A model generated the notes under the pieces. That model was not told the DNA's origin, made no database searches, and saw nothing but the letters and a program-made list of their open reading frames with translations. From the human T2T-CHM13v2.0 reference genome, Homo sapiens, in NCBI RefSeq assembly GCF_009914755.1, contig NC_060934.1: 64,000 bases of DNA; one strand, given 5' to 3'. This document shows, piece by piece, positions 38,433-52,811 of the stretch. Positions within the stretch are counted from its first letter, which is position 1, and each line of letters begins with the position of its first letter. Made by a program: the position numbers and the translations under genes.

Positions 38433-41400
38433 AAGAAACACCAAGCCTGATGCAAGGCTTGGAAGAGCAGACTGCCTGCAGCTGTTAAGGCTGTGTGGAA
38501 AGGCACTGTGGAAAATGGAAATCAAGGAAATAAAGCAGAGATTCTTCATGGCTTGTCAGTTATTTTACTCTAAAGGATATTTCAATTGCAATGAAAGGTT
38601 TAAATAGACAGGTAGCTACAGTACAATGTTTGCTTCTCACTCTGGTACACAGCATGGTGGTAGTTGTCTACCTGTTTTTGTTGTTGTTTTCTAATTCCTC
38701 AGGATTTAATTAATGTTTTACATTCAGTATTATTTAGACAAGCTCAAATTATAATCATTATATTTACCTCCCTAAATTTTATTACTATTTCAGTGGCCTA
38801 GGGGGAGTTGTTTGCAGATCTAACCTTCATAATAGTCTATTAAATGGCTGCCAAGTTTCACCACCTCGATCTAGTCTGTGCGAGTAGTGAAATAAGTATG
38901 CATTTATCAGCCTGTGCAGGACAAATCTAAGAGTCTCCTAATAAATTTAAAAGAGCATTACTAAATTCCTCTTTAAAAAATGTAATGTCCCATTATTAGC
39001 CCTCTCCAAATTCCCAATGTCATTAGAAACCTCAAGGTGTCTACATGCTGATAGCATTTTTAGGGGAGAGGGCCTTGGATTCAAGATAAAGAGTCCTAAC
39101 TTCTGCAGATGGGCATTATTTCACAATCACCCTTTTTTTCAGTTTTCCTATCTGTAGAATTTCCCTCCATAAATATCACATGAAGACCAAAAGCCATAAG
39201 TGAAGATTTATAAAATATTTTTATCATAAGAGTGATATGCCACATAGCATTTGAGGGAAAAAAAAATGCACTGAATGACCAGACCTACAGGAAGATAATC
39301 CTTTATCTCTACAGATTATTTCTACTTTAGGAAAAGAAAAGGGAAATTTATGGCAGATAGGAGTTGAGAGCAGCAGAAGTGTTAGGAGGAAGACCAGTAG
39401 AGCAGACCAGCCATGACTGGGTTGGAGTTTTTATAGGGAAGAGAGCAAAGAGATTTTAAGCGGGTAAGACACATAGGTAGATAAAAACAACTTTTTAGGA
39501 AGGTTAATTCTGTATTACATGATCAAGCTTATGTCAATTTCCACTTTGCAGTCTCTTCAGGAGATTTCAGCAGGCTTTCTTTTTAAATTTTCTTTTTCAA
39601 AAAAAAAAAAAAAGTAAAATATTCCTTATCTGCAATGCGAGCTGAGCAGCACAGTGCTCCTTGGTATTTATAACTCATTTCCCTTCCTGAGCTAGCATAT
39701 ACTTTTAAGCCAAAAAAAGATATACCCTTTTCCAAGACCTTCTCTGTCTTATGCCACCAAGGAATTCCACTTCAGTAGTTGCAAAATCAAGGGATTTTCT
39801 TTTCCTTTATGGTTTTGGAGACTCCCCAAGAGCTAAAGCAGAAAAAAATCAACACTAGATGGCCCTAGAAGATGTACTCTTCATGGTTTTGTCTCTTGTC
39901 TGACTGCCCGGAGAAGAGTTCCTTAGGCATTTACAAACACAGCAATGCCACCTTTTAGCCCCACTCTTTAGGGATTTTACATGACTAATTTTAATTGCAT
40001 AAAAGGAACTCATCTTTATCTTGGTGTGTGCAGTGCAAAACACTTAATGTAGGGTCTGACTCTATTCTACAGTAAGTGCAGTAAGTGTTAGCTACTATTA
40101 CCTCATCAGCAGACCTGCAACAAGAGAGTCCTTTGTTACTACAGAATTCTCCTGCCCTAATACTGCCAAAGTCTGCAGTTCTAGCTGCATATATGCAGTT
40201 CCTGGTGCATTGGCGGATCTCAATAATATTTGGTTTGTGGATATACAAGTGAACAAAGGGCTTTGGGTTTTTGTTTTTGTTTTTGTTTTTAGCAGAAACT
40301 AATTCATCTGGCTAAATAACCTAAGAATATGTAGGAAAAAAATTACAACCAGAATAAATTCTTGTTTGCTCTTTATAAATGGATCATTGGCAACCTTTGA
40401 GGTAAGATTTGATGCATCTCTTCAGTAGAAATTCAGCAAGATCAACCTCCTCATTATGTGGAGCAGCACACTGAGTAATAAGAAATCTGGCATGGCTGCA
40501 GTATCTTGCACATAGGCCATGCTCAATAAACATTTATTGAATGACTGTCTTGTTACCAAGACTTTGTAGCAATAAGCTTTAGGGGTTTTAGCCTGACCAT
40601 CTGCTTGGCTGGGATGAGTCGTGATGATAGTTCACATTGGGTTTGTGTTTACCAGTTCCTAAAATTCAAGTGTGTTCAGATGTAGATCCTCTGTTAGAAA
40701 ATATAGCAGTATCTGAAAATGTCTTGCTTTTCAAATAAAAGGTGCAGAGGTGTGAGTGTTTTTGCACTGTTGGTTTCAGATGGAACCACAAGCATTTGGC
40801 AGCATATTGAAGAAGCTGTCACAATCGAGCTTTTCCTCTTGGGGAACCTCAACCAAAGCTCAGCGGTCATTTCCCATGGAAAACTATGTGCCTTTGGCCA
40901 GTTGTGCTAAGATAACTTATTGGCCTCTCTGATGTCAGCTAATTTCTGTCCATCAGTCCTCAGTGCCTGAGTGACTTTCCTCCAATTCATATGAAAGTAT
41001 GCAGAAGGAAAGTTTTACAGCTTTACAACACAGAGCAGGCCTTGCCTTTTTATCCCTTGGCTGTGAGCACCAGTCCTTAGCCACATACATTCTCTTGTAT
41101 TCTGCTCCCTTTCCTGTCCCACATTCTTCATAGATTTTTCCACGTTTTCTGGAAAAAAAAATCAAGAAAAGCAATTTCCTAAGATAAATGCTCCCACCTG
41201 CCCTTGTTCTTCCAGAAACACGGATGGGCTGGTTGGTTCGTTGGTATTTCCCGGTTTGCTTCCCTTTTCCCTAAGTGCGTCACTGACTCTTTGCTCCCGG
41301 GAGAGAATGAGCATGTGGAAGCCAGAGGAGGCCTGTTCACGCCCCTCTCCCCTCCTAGCACCTCCCGGCCTCCTTCCTTGTATGTGTTTCCCTTTAATCT

Positions 41401-41684
41401 CTCAATCTTACATCTTTCATATTTGCAAGAGTGTACAGAACTATTTGAGGAGAGAGAACTGGAGATCTAGAACTTTTTTTTAACAGATTTTATTTGTCAT
41501 AGTTCCTTAATAAAGAGGAATGAGCATCTCATAGATGAGTGCATATGGATGAGCATGATACAGCCCAGAGCCCACCTGAGCTCATGAGAAAATCCCCCCA
41601 GTGAAAAGCACGCCGGGGTGAGGGTGGAGCGGAGCGTGGAAAGCAAACCAATTGGAAAGGTGTTCCCTGTATTACCAAGAGCCC

Positions 41685-41910
41685 AGGAGTCAGTGTTTAG
41701 ATGTTCACTTCTTGCACCGGCTAACATGACATAGCTACTTTGTGTCCTCAAGCAAGTCTCTTAACTCTCAGAACCTTAGTTTTGTCATTTGTAAAGTTTA
41801 GGTAGTAAAGGCTGCTCTCACCACCTCACATAGTAGCTGCAAGAGTCAAGTGAGTCTTTTTTTTTTTTTCAAGTGAGATTTTTAAAAAGCTTTGTCAATT
41901 GTTAGGTGCT
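41685..41910 (+). mobile_element. MIR
   Basis: tgtgtcctcaagcaagtctcttaactctcagaaccttagttttgtcatttgtaaa. Confidence 0.7.
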
Positions 41911-43231
41911 TTAAAAAAGTCAACAGAGAGTGTTATAACTGAAAGAGATACTTTAAAATTGCTATAGCTACCTGCTATTAACTAAAGGCATTAAGAAACT
42001 TGAAAACCAACACCAAGAAAAAGAGTATAATTAAATTCCCCGACAAATAGTAATTTCATCTTATTCAAATAGTCTTCTTCTGAAGTGATCTCAGAAAATA
42101 TGGAGCTATTTACAGGATTAATATGTCCTAACTTCCCTTTTATGAGGTAAATAAAGGGGGAAAAAGCTAAGGTCATAGAAAATTTGAGGGTTATTGGTTG
42201 CCAGAATTGGCAAAATTAATTTATATTTCTGCTTTGAAACCTGTTTAGTTTCTGTAGAAAGGGGAACTTTTCAAATTAAAACTGTAGTCTGGGTCAGAAA
42301 GCTATCAAATAGCCAAGGTAAAATAGGGAGGAATCCAGGATTTTCCCACCATTCACTCGTGCTGTTGACTCCTGCCTTGTGGGCCTCATCTTGGTCAGGA
42401 GCTGCCACTCACCTTTTCTCACCTGCAGAGGCTCCACCAACCTAAGTGGGAAGATTGGCTTCTGTTACCAAGAAGCAGAGCATAATGCTAAGGGAAGGAT
42501 AGAAAACCCTTTCTGTTGTGTTTCTTCTATACTTGCTCATCATTTGACATTGTTTTTGCACTCCCTTCATTCCTTCAAATCTCATAGACTTTCTGGATTC
42601 TGAGTCTCAGACCTTGAACTACAACGTATGCGTCTGTCTGTCTCCTGTGGTATGTCATTACTTCCAGATGCTAGTATGGAAAGTGGGGAAGAATTAGGCA
42701 TTGGAATTATGATAAGTCTGAGTCCAAGTCTCGACTCTTCCACTCTCCTTGCACAGGCAAAGGAAACATTAGGTATTCAAAAATGGCCACTATTATTATG
42801 TATGTCACTTCTAAACCCACAACTGATTTATCCATTCTCTAACCCTTTACTTTTGCTGTCCTTGCTTGCTTGCTTCAAAGCCACCCCTTCTTGATCCTGC
42901 ATCTCTGTCTCAACCTTTTATCTGATACTCACACCTGAATCCCCTGCCCCAGCTCTGACAAGATCATGAATTAGAGTTTCATTGTAGAAAGATCTATGGT
43001 GAAGAGATGCAATGAAGTATCAAGGTAATTCCCTTCTAAATGGAAAATGACCATCACAAGTATTTTTATGTCCCAGTATTTCATTTTAGTGAGATTTTTA
43101 AAAATTCCTTCAGGACATGTAAGAGGAGAAAAAAAAAGAAATTCAAATAGCAAACTAAGAATGTATGGTGTTCATTTGTAATAAGCAGGAAAGTTAAATA
43201 TATTTTTAAGGAGATAAAGGAGCTAAATCAT

Positions 43232-43455
43232 AACATAGCTGCCATTCATTGAATGCCTACTGTATGCAATACAATATACCAGGTGCTTTAAATAAGTTAT
43301 TGAGTTTACTTGTTGCAAAAACCCTATCAGTAATTAGCACTATTATTATTCTCTTTTATAGGTGAAGAAATTTGGGCCTAGAAAGATTAGTCTAGTTACC
43401 TAAAGTCACGTGATCTGTATGTGGTAGAGCCAAGATTCAAACTTGATTTTACTTT
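43232..43455 (-). mobile_element. MIR
   Basis: ttttataggtgaagaaatt...cctaaagtcac...gtggtagagccaagattcaaac. Confidence 0.75.
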
Positions 43456-43649
43456 TCACGGCATAGTGTGCTCAATGTAGAACCAGCCTGCAAGAGTTTC
43501 CTCAAAGGCTGTGTCACACCAGGGCCACATATAAGCTCCTGGGCTATTCTATCATAAATCAGAAGATACAGGCTAAGTTATAAGAATAAGTTATTATTAT
43601 AGTAAGAGTGTATGCTATGTTAAACAGACCATTAAAATGATAAAATTAA

Positions 43650-43900
43650 ATAATAATCACTGACATTTATTGAACACTTGCCCTACGCCAGGCAGTACTC
43701 TAAATGCTTTGTAAGTATCAATTTAGTTTATCCTTACAACAATCCAGTGAAGTACATATTATAATTATTGCCATTTTACAGATGAGGAAATTGAGCACAG
43801 AGAGTTAAGAAACATGCCCAAGTAAGCGGCAGTTAAGAATTAATTCTAGGCAATAATGTACCAGAGCCCACATGTTTACCCTCTATCCAATACAAACTGC
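43650..43900 (-). mobile_element. MIR
   Basis: ccattttacagatgaggaaattgagcacagagagttaag. Confidence 0.85.
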
Positions 43901-44329
43901 CTAGTTAATTTAATCCTGTGTTCTAATTCTTTTGAATTCTAATATAAAGCACATTATCTTGTAAAGCTTTAGTTTAAAGGTCTGCCACATAAGCAACAGG
44001 GCCTGCTCTTCACCATATGTGTTCATAATCTGGATAATTCCCTGATGGGGATCATTTGGAGCAAACATTTCTTATGGAATGATTTTCTATGACTGTGCTA
44101 TGCCCAACTGCTGGAGCACTTCACTGCTATACCTCAATGGAATGCCAGCGACCGACTGTCTTTCTATCTACAGTTAATTTGGTGGCTACCGCTATGCTCT
44201 CAGGAGCCAGTTGTCTATCATATCCCTGCATACCCCACACCTTTAGTCCACTCCAAGAACTTGCTCCCCACAGTAGGCCTGTGAGTCTGAGGTTATATAC
44301 TCTTATTCTACTGGCATCCCATTAGAAAC

Positions 44330-44800
44330 TACTTTCTGCGGCTCCAATATTCCTTCTTTATTTTGTCACTTGGGATTTCAATCAGATATTTTAAAGCTTC
44401 CTGTCCTTTGAGCCATATTATTTTAGATTCTCTAATGGTGGGATTATACCTGTAATTTTTTCTGAACTTTTTGAAACCCACTTCCCTAAGTTTAGTATAT
44501 ATGTCTGAATCCATAAGGCTCAACAACTCTTCTTTTCTGACCCAATTGCCTACTTCTCCCTTGCCTCTCAGACTCTTCCACCTTGTTTGCAAAGTTTGTT
44601 TGCCTGTCTCTAGGCAAACCTCTATATTTTATTGGAATGTTCCCTTTACCATTTTGCTCTGGTAAGGTAATATGATCAGTTTCTACTTGTTTTGAATAGA
44701 ATGAGATTGCCAACAGACAGGCAGCTGTTGTCGGATTTGAAATCTGTATTAGCAAAGCATCTTCCTTGTTTGTTCTCCAATGGGATGTCTACGTGTAGAA
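44330..44800 (-). mobile_element. L3/CR1 LINE ORF2 remnant
   Basis: Minus ORF 44329-44592 reads DIYTKLREVGFKKFRKNYRYNP...GQEALK, resembling CR1 tether motif LDFRKADF.K.R...IPW...GWEALK. Confidence 0.6.
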
Positions 44801-45769
44801 CCACAGTGATGTCACCTCACACCTTCCCCTACTACCTTCCACCATGTGTTAATCTTCAAGATAATGAATTCTCCTCTGCTGTGTATTTTCTTGCCTTAGT
44901 GTGATAGGGACCAATATTTATCTTAAAAGGATTGATGTAAATCTTCCACCCAAAGGGTTTAGTTTGCTTTGTTGCAGTAGTTTTTACAACTAAGATGACA
45001 TATTCATGTTCTGGATTCAAAAACCTTTTAATCTTGCTAATACTTGGAACATGTATTAGTACTTAGCAGTGTCCACCAACTGCTTTTTAGTTCACCTTCC
45101 ACTTCTCAAGGGAGTGCTCAGTAAATAGTACATGCTCAATTAATAATAGTTGACATTATTATTATTATTAGAGAAAAGACATATAAAGTTGCAGTTTTCC
45201 AAGAGACAATATGACTTAGCAGGCAAACAGAGGATATTGGCGTCTTCTCTGCCATCCCTTTTGACACCTTACAGAACCTTGGTGAGATTAATTAATTACT
45301 CATCTTCCACTGTCCCTGAATGCAAAATAAGGGTGACCTTATTTCAGAGGAAAGGTGACCTCTTCCTCTGAAAGCTTCATGACTTAACAAAAAGTAAGAT
45401 ACATTGAATCATTTGAATGCCAACTGTGAAGAATAAAATATTGAGTAATGCTTACTCAGTTCTTTAAACTATTGACCTAGCCATGGAGTTAGCACCAAGA
45501 TCATAATTTCTGCCCTTTTTTGAAGATAAAAATCACCATCAGAATTGCCAGCCAAGGTAGGAAAATTGAAGAGGAAGGTTACAGTCCTGAAGAGCAAGCA
45601 CTCATATGGGAGAATTGGGAAAGGCAATAATATAGCGGCCTCAGAAGCCTGGTGAGGAACAAAAGTATAAATGCCCAATAACCTTATCTATACCATAACA
45701 TATAAAATTGGGCCTTGGCCCAGTCACTCTTAGCTAATAAAGAAATTTATCTTTAGAACTGTGAATATT

Positions 45770-46150
45770 ATAGTAGGACTGGGATGTGCTGCCTGCATTC
45801 CCACTTCGAGACTGAGCCTCTCATTTTCACAGCTCTGAGCCGAGTCCTTCTCCAGAAATCACCCTCTGCTGAGAGAAGCTGCCTCTCACAATGGCCATGC
45901 CCCCTTGCTGAGGACAGCCTCCATCCATGGATAGGTTCAGAGACTTAGCCTCTTGTCTCAATGTGATACAACTCTAAAGAACCACCCACTCAGGCGGAGG
46001 CTGCCGCACCACAGGTGAACTTCTCCCTCTGCCACATTCTGCTCTGTCCCCCCACACCGATGTTGTTCCTGTGGCTACTTCCCAATGAACCTCCTGCACA
46101 CATGTCTCAGAATCTCAGAATCTGTTTCCTGGGGAATCCAACGTATAACG
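45770..46150 (+). mobile_element. LTR16-family ERVL solo LTR
   Basis: Ends cccaatgaacctcctgcacac...tctcagaatctgtttcctggggaatccaac. Confidence 0.75.
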
Positions 46151-46481
46151 TATACTACCTTTGCATTCTAAGGAGCAATTACAACTATTTTCAATTTTAA
46201 GAACATCATCAATCATACAATGATCACAGAATTCCCATAACTAAGTGAATCTCCCTCTTGACCTTTGTGTGGGCTGCATTTGCCATGCTATGTGATATGT
46301 AGCTAGTTTCTCAAGTGCAAGTGACTTGAATGGCCCCCAAATAGGGGAAATATTCTGAGGTATTGAGACTGGCCAGTTACCGTATTATACTTATGATCAT
46401 TTCCAAAACAAAAGAAAAAGATGGCAAGTAATCAATACTCCTTGGCCATTCTGTTGAAGGTTGGTTTGTGACTAGGGAGAC

Positions 46482-46895
46482 TGTATTAGCTCCTGAGGGC
46501 TAAATTACCACAAACTTGGTGGCTTAAAAAAACAGTCTGGGGGCTAGAAGTCTGGAATGAAGGTGTTGGCAGAGTTGATTCCTCTGAGACCCTGAGGGAG
46601 AGTTTTTCCGTGCACCTCCCCTCGCTTCTGGCGTTGCCTGCAAACCTTGGTGCTCCTTGGCTTGTAGATGCATCACTGCAGTCTCTGCCTCTGTCTTCAC
46701 ATGGTGAACTCTTCGGTGACTCTCCCGTGTGGCATCTCCTTGTATCAAAAGTAGGGCAGGCCTACCCTAATGGAGTATGACCTCTCACCTAATCTTAACA
46801 AATTACATTGGCAAAGGCCCTATTTCCAAAAGAGGTCACATTCTGAGGTTCTGGATAAACATGAACTTTTAGAAGATGCTATTCAACCCTCTGCA
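46482..46895 (-). mobile_element. MLT1B/C-like MaLR solo LTR
   Basis: tgtattag...aaattaccacaaacttggtggcttaa...ctatttccaaaagaggtcacattctgaggt...; near TSD gagac/gagaa. Confidence 0.88.
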
Positions 46896-47556
46896 GAGAA
46901 CAACTGAGGAAACAACCGAGATCTGCTTCCCAGTTGATACCTGTATTTGTGCTGTGGATCTTTTAATTAACTGCCTTAAAAGAAAACACAGTGACCCAGA
47001 TGTGTGCAGTGGGCGCCACCCAATGACAGAAGGCTCCTTGAAGGCTTAATCAATTAGATAATTAGTAGGACCAACAGGGAGTTGGTAAAGCAGCATAAGT
47101 AAAACCAGGGAAAGGATCATTACCCAGACTCTGACCATTAATTTTTAGTCATACTGAAAAAAGGAGCTTTGGGGAAAAGACAGATTTGAAGAGATATTTT
47201 ATTCACTCTCATATACTTCATTTTCTAAAGCAACATGATGTGGTAGTTGAGTTCACACAGTCAAATATTAGATAATTTGAGGAAAAGACCTAAAGGAATG
47301 CTACACAAATATATTTAGTTTGGCCACATAAGGACTCCACGTATCTCAGGTCATGCACAGGGGTAGCAAGTCCTGTCTTGTGAGTTCCATAACTTTGATT
47401 CCTGCAGGAAGACCCCAGAGACCTGCAAAAAGCATCCTCCGTCTACTAACATCCTTTCTCTCATTTTTCCCTCTTACCTGACTTGATTATAAAATTAGGA
47501 AATTTAAATTTAGGAAATAATGAGGAGACAGCTAGTGAGCAAAGAGGCTTCCCAAG

Positions 47557-47557
<1 letters not shown>

Positions 47558-47602
<45 letters not shown>
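47558..47602. repeat. (CA)n microsatellite
   Basis: About 22 perfect CA units. Confidence 0.97.
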
Positions 47603-47603
<1 letters not shown>

Positions 47604-47952
47604 AGAACACCCTTAGGAGGCATTTCTAAGCATATCCATCCATAAAATATTTTTCTGTTTGCTGTATAAGCAGAAAGGTTTGCATAGAATATGTCCTTTG
47701 TAATGGCTTTTGCCTCTGAGCTTTCTAACACTAGCATTGATCAATTATCATCTTCTCCACAATAGACTAATGTTTGAACTTGGAACTCAGTTCTAGACCA
47801 GACACTAGAATACTCGTGCCATACTTTCGGACCAAGCCAGAGAGAATGACTTCACCCAGGAGAGAAAGATAAGAAAAGATCTTGATGTGTAAGCCTCCTT
47901 TATTTACTTGCCATCAATCACCAAAACAAAGTGGAAGGAAGGGAAAGGGAAC

Positions 47953-48037
47953 TATTAACATTGACCCATATAAAATTGCTAATATTCAATTGGTTTTGAC
48001 TTTTAAAAATTGCATTTGCAAGTGATTCTACCTAATA
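47953..48037. mobile_element. MADE2-like mariner MITE
   Basis: tatta..ttgacccatataaaattgctaatattc...ttttgac...gattctacctaata; about 85 bp with TA flanks. Confidence 0.7.
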
Positions 48038-48039
48038 TA

Positions 48040-48235
48040 AAATTGTATTTAAACAACTACTTTTTGCCAGTCACTATGCTAAGTGCCTTATTCTTATATT
48101 ATTCTTTATAATCCTCAATGTAAACTTTCAAGATTGGCATTATAATCTCTATTTTCTGTATGGAAAAGCTGTGGCACACAAAAGTTCAATAATTTATTCA
48201 AAATCCCATAATATTTGAACCCACACCCACTTCAT
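48040..48235 (-). mobile_element. MIR
   Basis: gccagtcactatgctaagtgc...ctattttctgtatggaaaagctgtggcaca. Confidence 0.6.
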
Positions 48236-49549
48236 GTCCAGTAAAGTCATTTGGGTCTGCTGAAGTATTTCTAGACTTTATAGTAAGATTATTTTCAAAC
48301 TCTATTGTCAAAATTCTTGAAATTGCAAAGGCTACTCCGTCTACAAACTTCAAGGGACGTAAGAGGATGGTTACAGACTGTCAAGAGGATGTCTGTGGTA
48401 CATGGGATTGGTAATGTAGAAATTAGGCAGTGCTTTGAATGTTACTGACAGGTCACAGCACACTGACAGCAACAGGGAAGAAGATATTGTGGAAAATAAG
48501 ACAACCTCTTGAGAAGGTCATCTCAGTATTTGTATCACTGATGGGGTTTACAGAAAAGCAGTCACTTTATCCACTGGCAGCTGCATAAGTTTTAGGTTGC
48601 ATTTATGTAAAGAAACAAATAAGTAACAAGCAAGCTGGCATTGGTGGTTTCTGGGACTGAGGAAGAGGAGGGAAAAGAAACCCCTAGGGCTATAGCTGTA
48701 ACATACTTACTCATTCGCACATTTGCAGCTCTATGTGTCTTTAGCATTCTGTGAAAGCTGATGTTCATAATGTTGATCATGGAACATCGAGACAATACTA
48801 AATTATGTTTAATATAGACTTGTTGAGAAGCAGAGAAAAGGATATTCGTTTTAAGCAATTTCGCAGTATTTTTTTAATACCCTAAAACGGCAAAGTTTTA
48901 GCTCTTGTAGAGTTAATGTTCACCTTTCTGGGAAAACTCTGTAATCCAGAATGACTTATTCTCTGAGAAATCCAGGTAGTTTCATACATGCTTTTGTACC
49001 AAGTCATATTAAACTCTTTCATTCATAGTTTTGTCCATGCTTTTGTACTTATAATAGGTTGCAACTGGTATAATAATTACAGTAGAAAGTCATTTATTAT
49101 GTGGATCTATTAACATCTGATTCCTCATTAAGCATTAAGAATATTGCCAAATCTGCACTTTTATTCTTTCTGCTGACAGTTAGTTTTCACAGTGCTTCTT
49201 GATTTACTTTTATGATTGAAGTTTCAGGAATAAATGTTTTAATTTAATGTTCCCTCAGTATAACAGATTTGACTAATAGTTTAATAAAGGGACACGGCAA
49301 GTTTCTAATAGAGAGAGGTTTGCTTGTGTTCACGAGGGATGATGCGCACATCTTGATGAAGGCTGCCCATGACCCACTGTGTGCTGCACGTGTCCATTTC
49401 CATCCGAGCATCTCAGCACAGCATTTGAAGCAGGTAGTGAGAATCCCAGTCATGGCCAGGAAGGATGTGAAGGGCTAACGGGGGACCTGGATATTTTGGA
49501 GGGCCTCAGTCTTCCTCTCTTGCCTCTTCTCATCCCTCTTTACAGAATA

Positions 49550-49790
49550 TTTCCTAGGCTGTATCCCCAATGAACTTCTATCGATTTCCAATACAACCAA
49601 TATGTCTTTGCACCTCTGTGTGCATGCCCTTACTTCTGCCAGAAATCCTCCTTCATCATTCTCCTGGTGAACTCCTAGTCATCTTCTGCAAGGTAAAGTC
49701 CTTCTCCAGAACTTCACATACCCTCTCCTGCCTGCCTCCCTCCGTTACTACCCCCAGGACTCTATGCATAACTCTTCCAGTGCATTCAGC
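49550..49790 (+). mobile_element. L2 fragment
   Basis: cctggtgaactcctagtcatcttc. Confidence 0.5.
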
Positions 49791-50499
49791 TCCAAATTAG
49801 TCAGAGTTGCATTTAGCTTAAAAGGATGCTTCACCAGAGTGGGTACTGTGCCTATGTAGCACTCTGCCACCAATAATTAGCACATTTACCTTTTAAAAAG
49901 AATTGATCTATCAGCTGTATTCTTATGGTGGCCTTCTACATTAATGAATGACATAATGTGTTTTAGAATGGACTAGCCTGGGAAGTAATACCAAGATCTT
50001 GATTTTTCTAACTTTCCCAATGGTTTACATCTATCTATTCTAGATTGAGATTTTGTTTATAACTTTGAGATTTACCTTGTGCACAATTTGGAAAAGGGAA
50101 AACAAACATCCATTTATTCATAAAATATTTCTTAAATGCCTCAGTCTTAGGTGCCAGGGAAAGTCTGTTCTCTGCAGCATATAATGCTTACAGTCAGGTC
50201 AGATTCCTTGATAACAGCAGGGAACAAAAATGGGAAGAACAGGCAGGCTTTCCGGGGCAGTGTTGATGTGGTAAGTATGGGAAGTTTGGCATTGGGATTA
50301 GATTTTTCCTACCCTGAAAACCATCAATAAAAATCTCTCCTCAAGGCTGAATTTCTTAATTAATTCATTTCAAGCCATTAACAGAGATTTTAAAAATATG
50401 GTCTATGTCCTCAGATATCTTTCTTTTGAGTTGAGCATATTCTTCATACGGAACAAAGAGCAATTCCAAAGCAAAGTGAAAACTGGACAGAATGGTGTA

Positions 50500-50745
50500 A
50501 TAACAATCACTGACTTACTGAGTACTTACTGTGTGCTATACTTCATGTATATATATTACTCCTTTAATCATTATAATAACACTGTGAGTAAGGTATTTTT
50601 AGCTCTACTTTACAGATGAAGAACTTGAGGCACAGGGAGGTTAAGTGCTTTAACCAAACTCATGCTTGGATGAGAGCATGGCCTTGAACCCAGGCAGTTG
50701 GGTGCTAAAGGTTGTTCTCATAACCACCACGTTACACTTCCTCTC
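50500..50745 (-). mobile_element. MIR
   Basis: ctttacagatgaagaacttgaggcacagggaggttaagtg. Confidence 0.85.
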
Positions 50746-52534
50746 AATGCTTAAAAAGGAAAAATTATTTACTCAGAAGTATTGAAAGAGAGTAGAGCAA
50801 AGAGGTCCTGGAGTGGCCTAGCATGACCTGGCATGGCTTCTTGCAGGTAGAGAGATTTAAGCCAATATAGCAGGAATGGTAGATGTTGGCAAGAAGTCTA
50901 CGTGAATGGAGGGGCCTGAAAAAAAAAGCCTAAGTCTGGGCATGAGCAAGATGGGAAGTGACTGATTTGGCAGGCACAGTTGTCTCTCACACTTAACAGT
51001 ACCTTTCAAGGCCAGAAAGGATGTTCTTAATTTTGAAACTCATACATCAAGTATAGTGGTTAGGTTGCTTTTTGCACTGAGCTGTGGAGAAAAGTACAGG
51101 TTGTTACAAACCTAATTAAGATAATTATTTAATAGAAATCTATTTTAAAGTTTTGAAAAATGCTAACAGGAATCAACTTTTAAGGATAATCTATTCAGAG
51201 TCACCTCCTATTAACAGTCATGTTATTAACCAACTCAGGGCAAAGCATGATTATATAATAGCTCAAGAAGAGGTAGTGTTGTCTCATTTTACTTTCTGGG
51301 ACCTAAACACCTAGGGAAAAATAGGTGATAAAACTGAAGCTGTCACAATCCAGCCTCTTTACTCCCAAAGTCAGTGCCACACAATTAAAATAACTACAAA
51401 ACTCAGTTAATCTAGATAGTATACTATAAAGATAATCCTTAAATATGGGTACATATGAGTGTGTGTGTTTGTGTACATGTGTGTGTTTAGTTAGAAACTT
51501 TGAACACAGATTGAACTTGAAGGCATTTCAGCAAGGAGAGATATTTGGTAGGATATGAAAATGAAGTTTACGGTTGGAATACCTTCAGAACCTCAAGTGC
51601 AGCATCCTGATTCTGTGAAGATTATGTTTTATTCCTTTACCTATTCCCACGTGTAATACTTTATTCTCTTTGAATTGGCTTCTAATGCAATTTAACCCTG
51701 TTTTTGAGTGTCCACTAGCTTAATTTCTTTTATTAATATGAATTCTTCTCCTTCCTACTGAATAAACCCAGCTAATGTGTTTTTTTCTCCTTTATCATTT
51801 CATGCAAAGCAAAAAGTAAATAAGGAAAGAATATGATTTTCGCTTCCATTTTTTTCCCCAAGCCTAAACAATGGAATCGGAGAATCTGTTTTTGAAATCT
51901 GGAATCTTAGTATTTGCTGATCCTATGGAATCAGGACACTTGATTAGCTGCGAGCCAAGTCATCAGGCCCACTTAATACAATACTCAGTAAATTAATTCA
52001 ATTTTACTGATGTGACTAAAAACTAAATTTCATATCAATATAAACACTTATTAAGCTGCAAATACCACATCATGCAAGCGTTGAAAAAGACTCATTTTTA
52101 TTTATAGATGAATTCTGATAAGAATAGCATTAGAAGTATTTTAGTAGGGAAATGTTAGAGTGATTAATGTGTAGTTGTTTGCATTTTTAATATTTCACTC
52201 ATATCAGATTAGGATTTGTGCATACTGTCAGAATTTATTCTGTTCTTGTCAAAATACTTATTACTGCTGACAGGTATAACATATCCACATTAATCCTTAA
52301 TTCCTTGATTCAATTTTCTAATTGCTTTTTTGGCATGCGATGGTGGCCATTTAGTCTTATGTGATGTATTCATCATATGGTATAAAAATGTTCTTTAAAA
52401 ATTAGATGTGCCATTTAAAGTAACTGAGCAGGAAGAAAAAAATACTAAGGATTGGAAATTTTAAATTTCACCATACTTAGACAAACTATTAGATACTGGT
52501 ATGTCACAGATTCTGGAGGTTGTCCATAAATCAT

Positions 52535-52690
52535 AGTCACAGAATGTTAAAGAGGAAAGGGACCTTAAAAATCATCCAACCTACCTGTTCATTTTCCAGT
52601 TGGGGAAACTGACTTAGTAACAAGCCCAGGATCACACAGCTAGCTAGTGGGAGAGCTGGTCTGAGTACTTATATGTTCTGATCACTAGTC
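52535..52690 (-). mobile_element. MIR3/MIR fragment
   Basis: agggaccttaaaaatcatcca...cattttccagttggggaaactga. Confidence 0.7.
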
Positions 52691-52811
52691 AGAAATGGGG
52701 TAGGTATTTGCATATAATTGTTATAACTGGTATTCTAAATTGATTTTTACTATTAATAGTCAGGCTGACAGAATGAGAGACTCCTTAGCTTCTTAAGCTG
52801 TATGTTTTAGT

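Noticed and set aside
38794-38810. CTCF-like ggcctagggggagt
   Set aside because: Lacks the core CC at the key 5' positions
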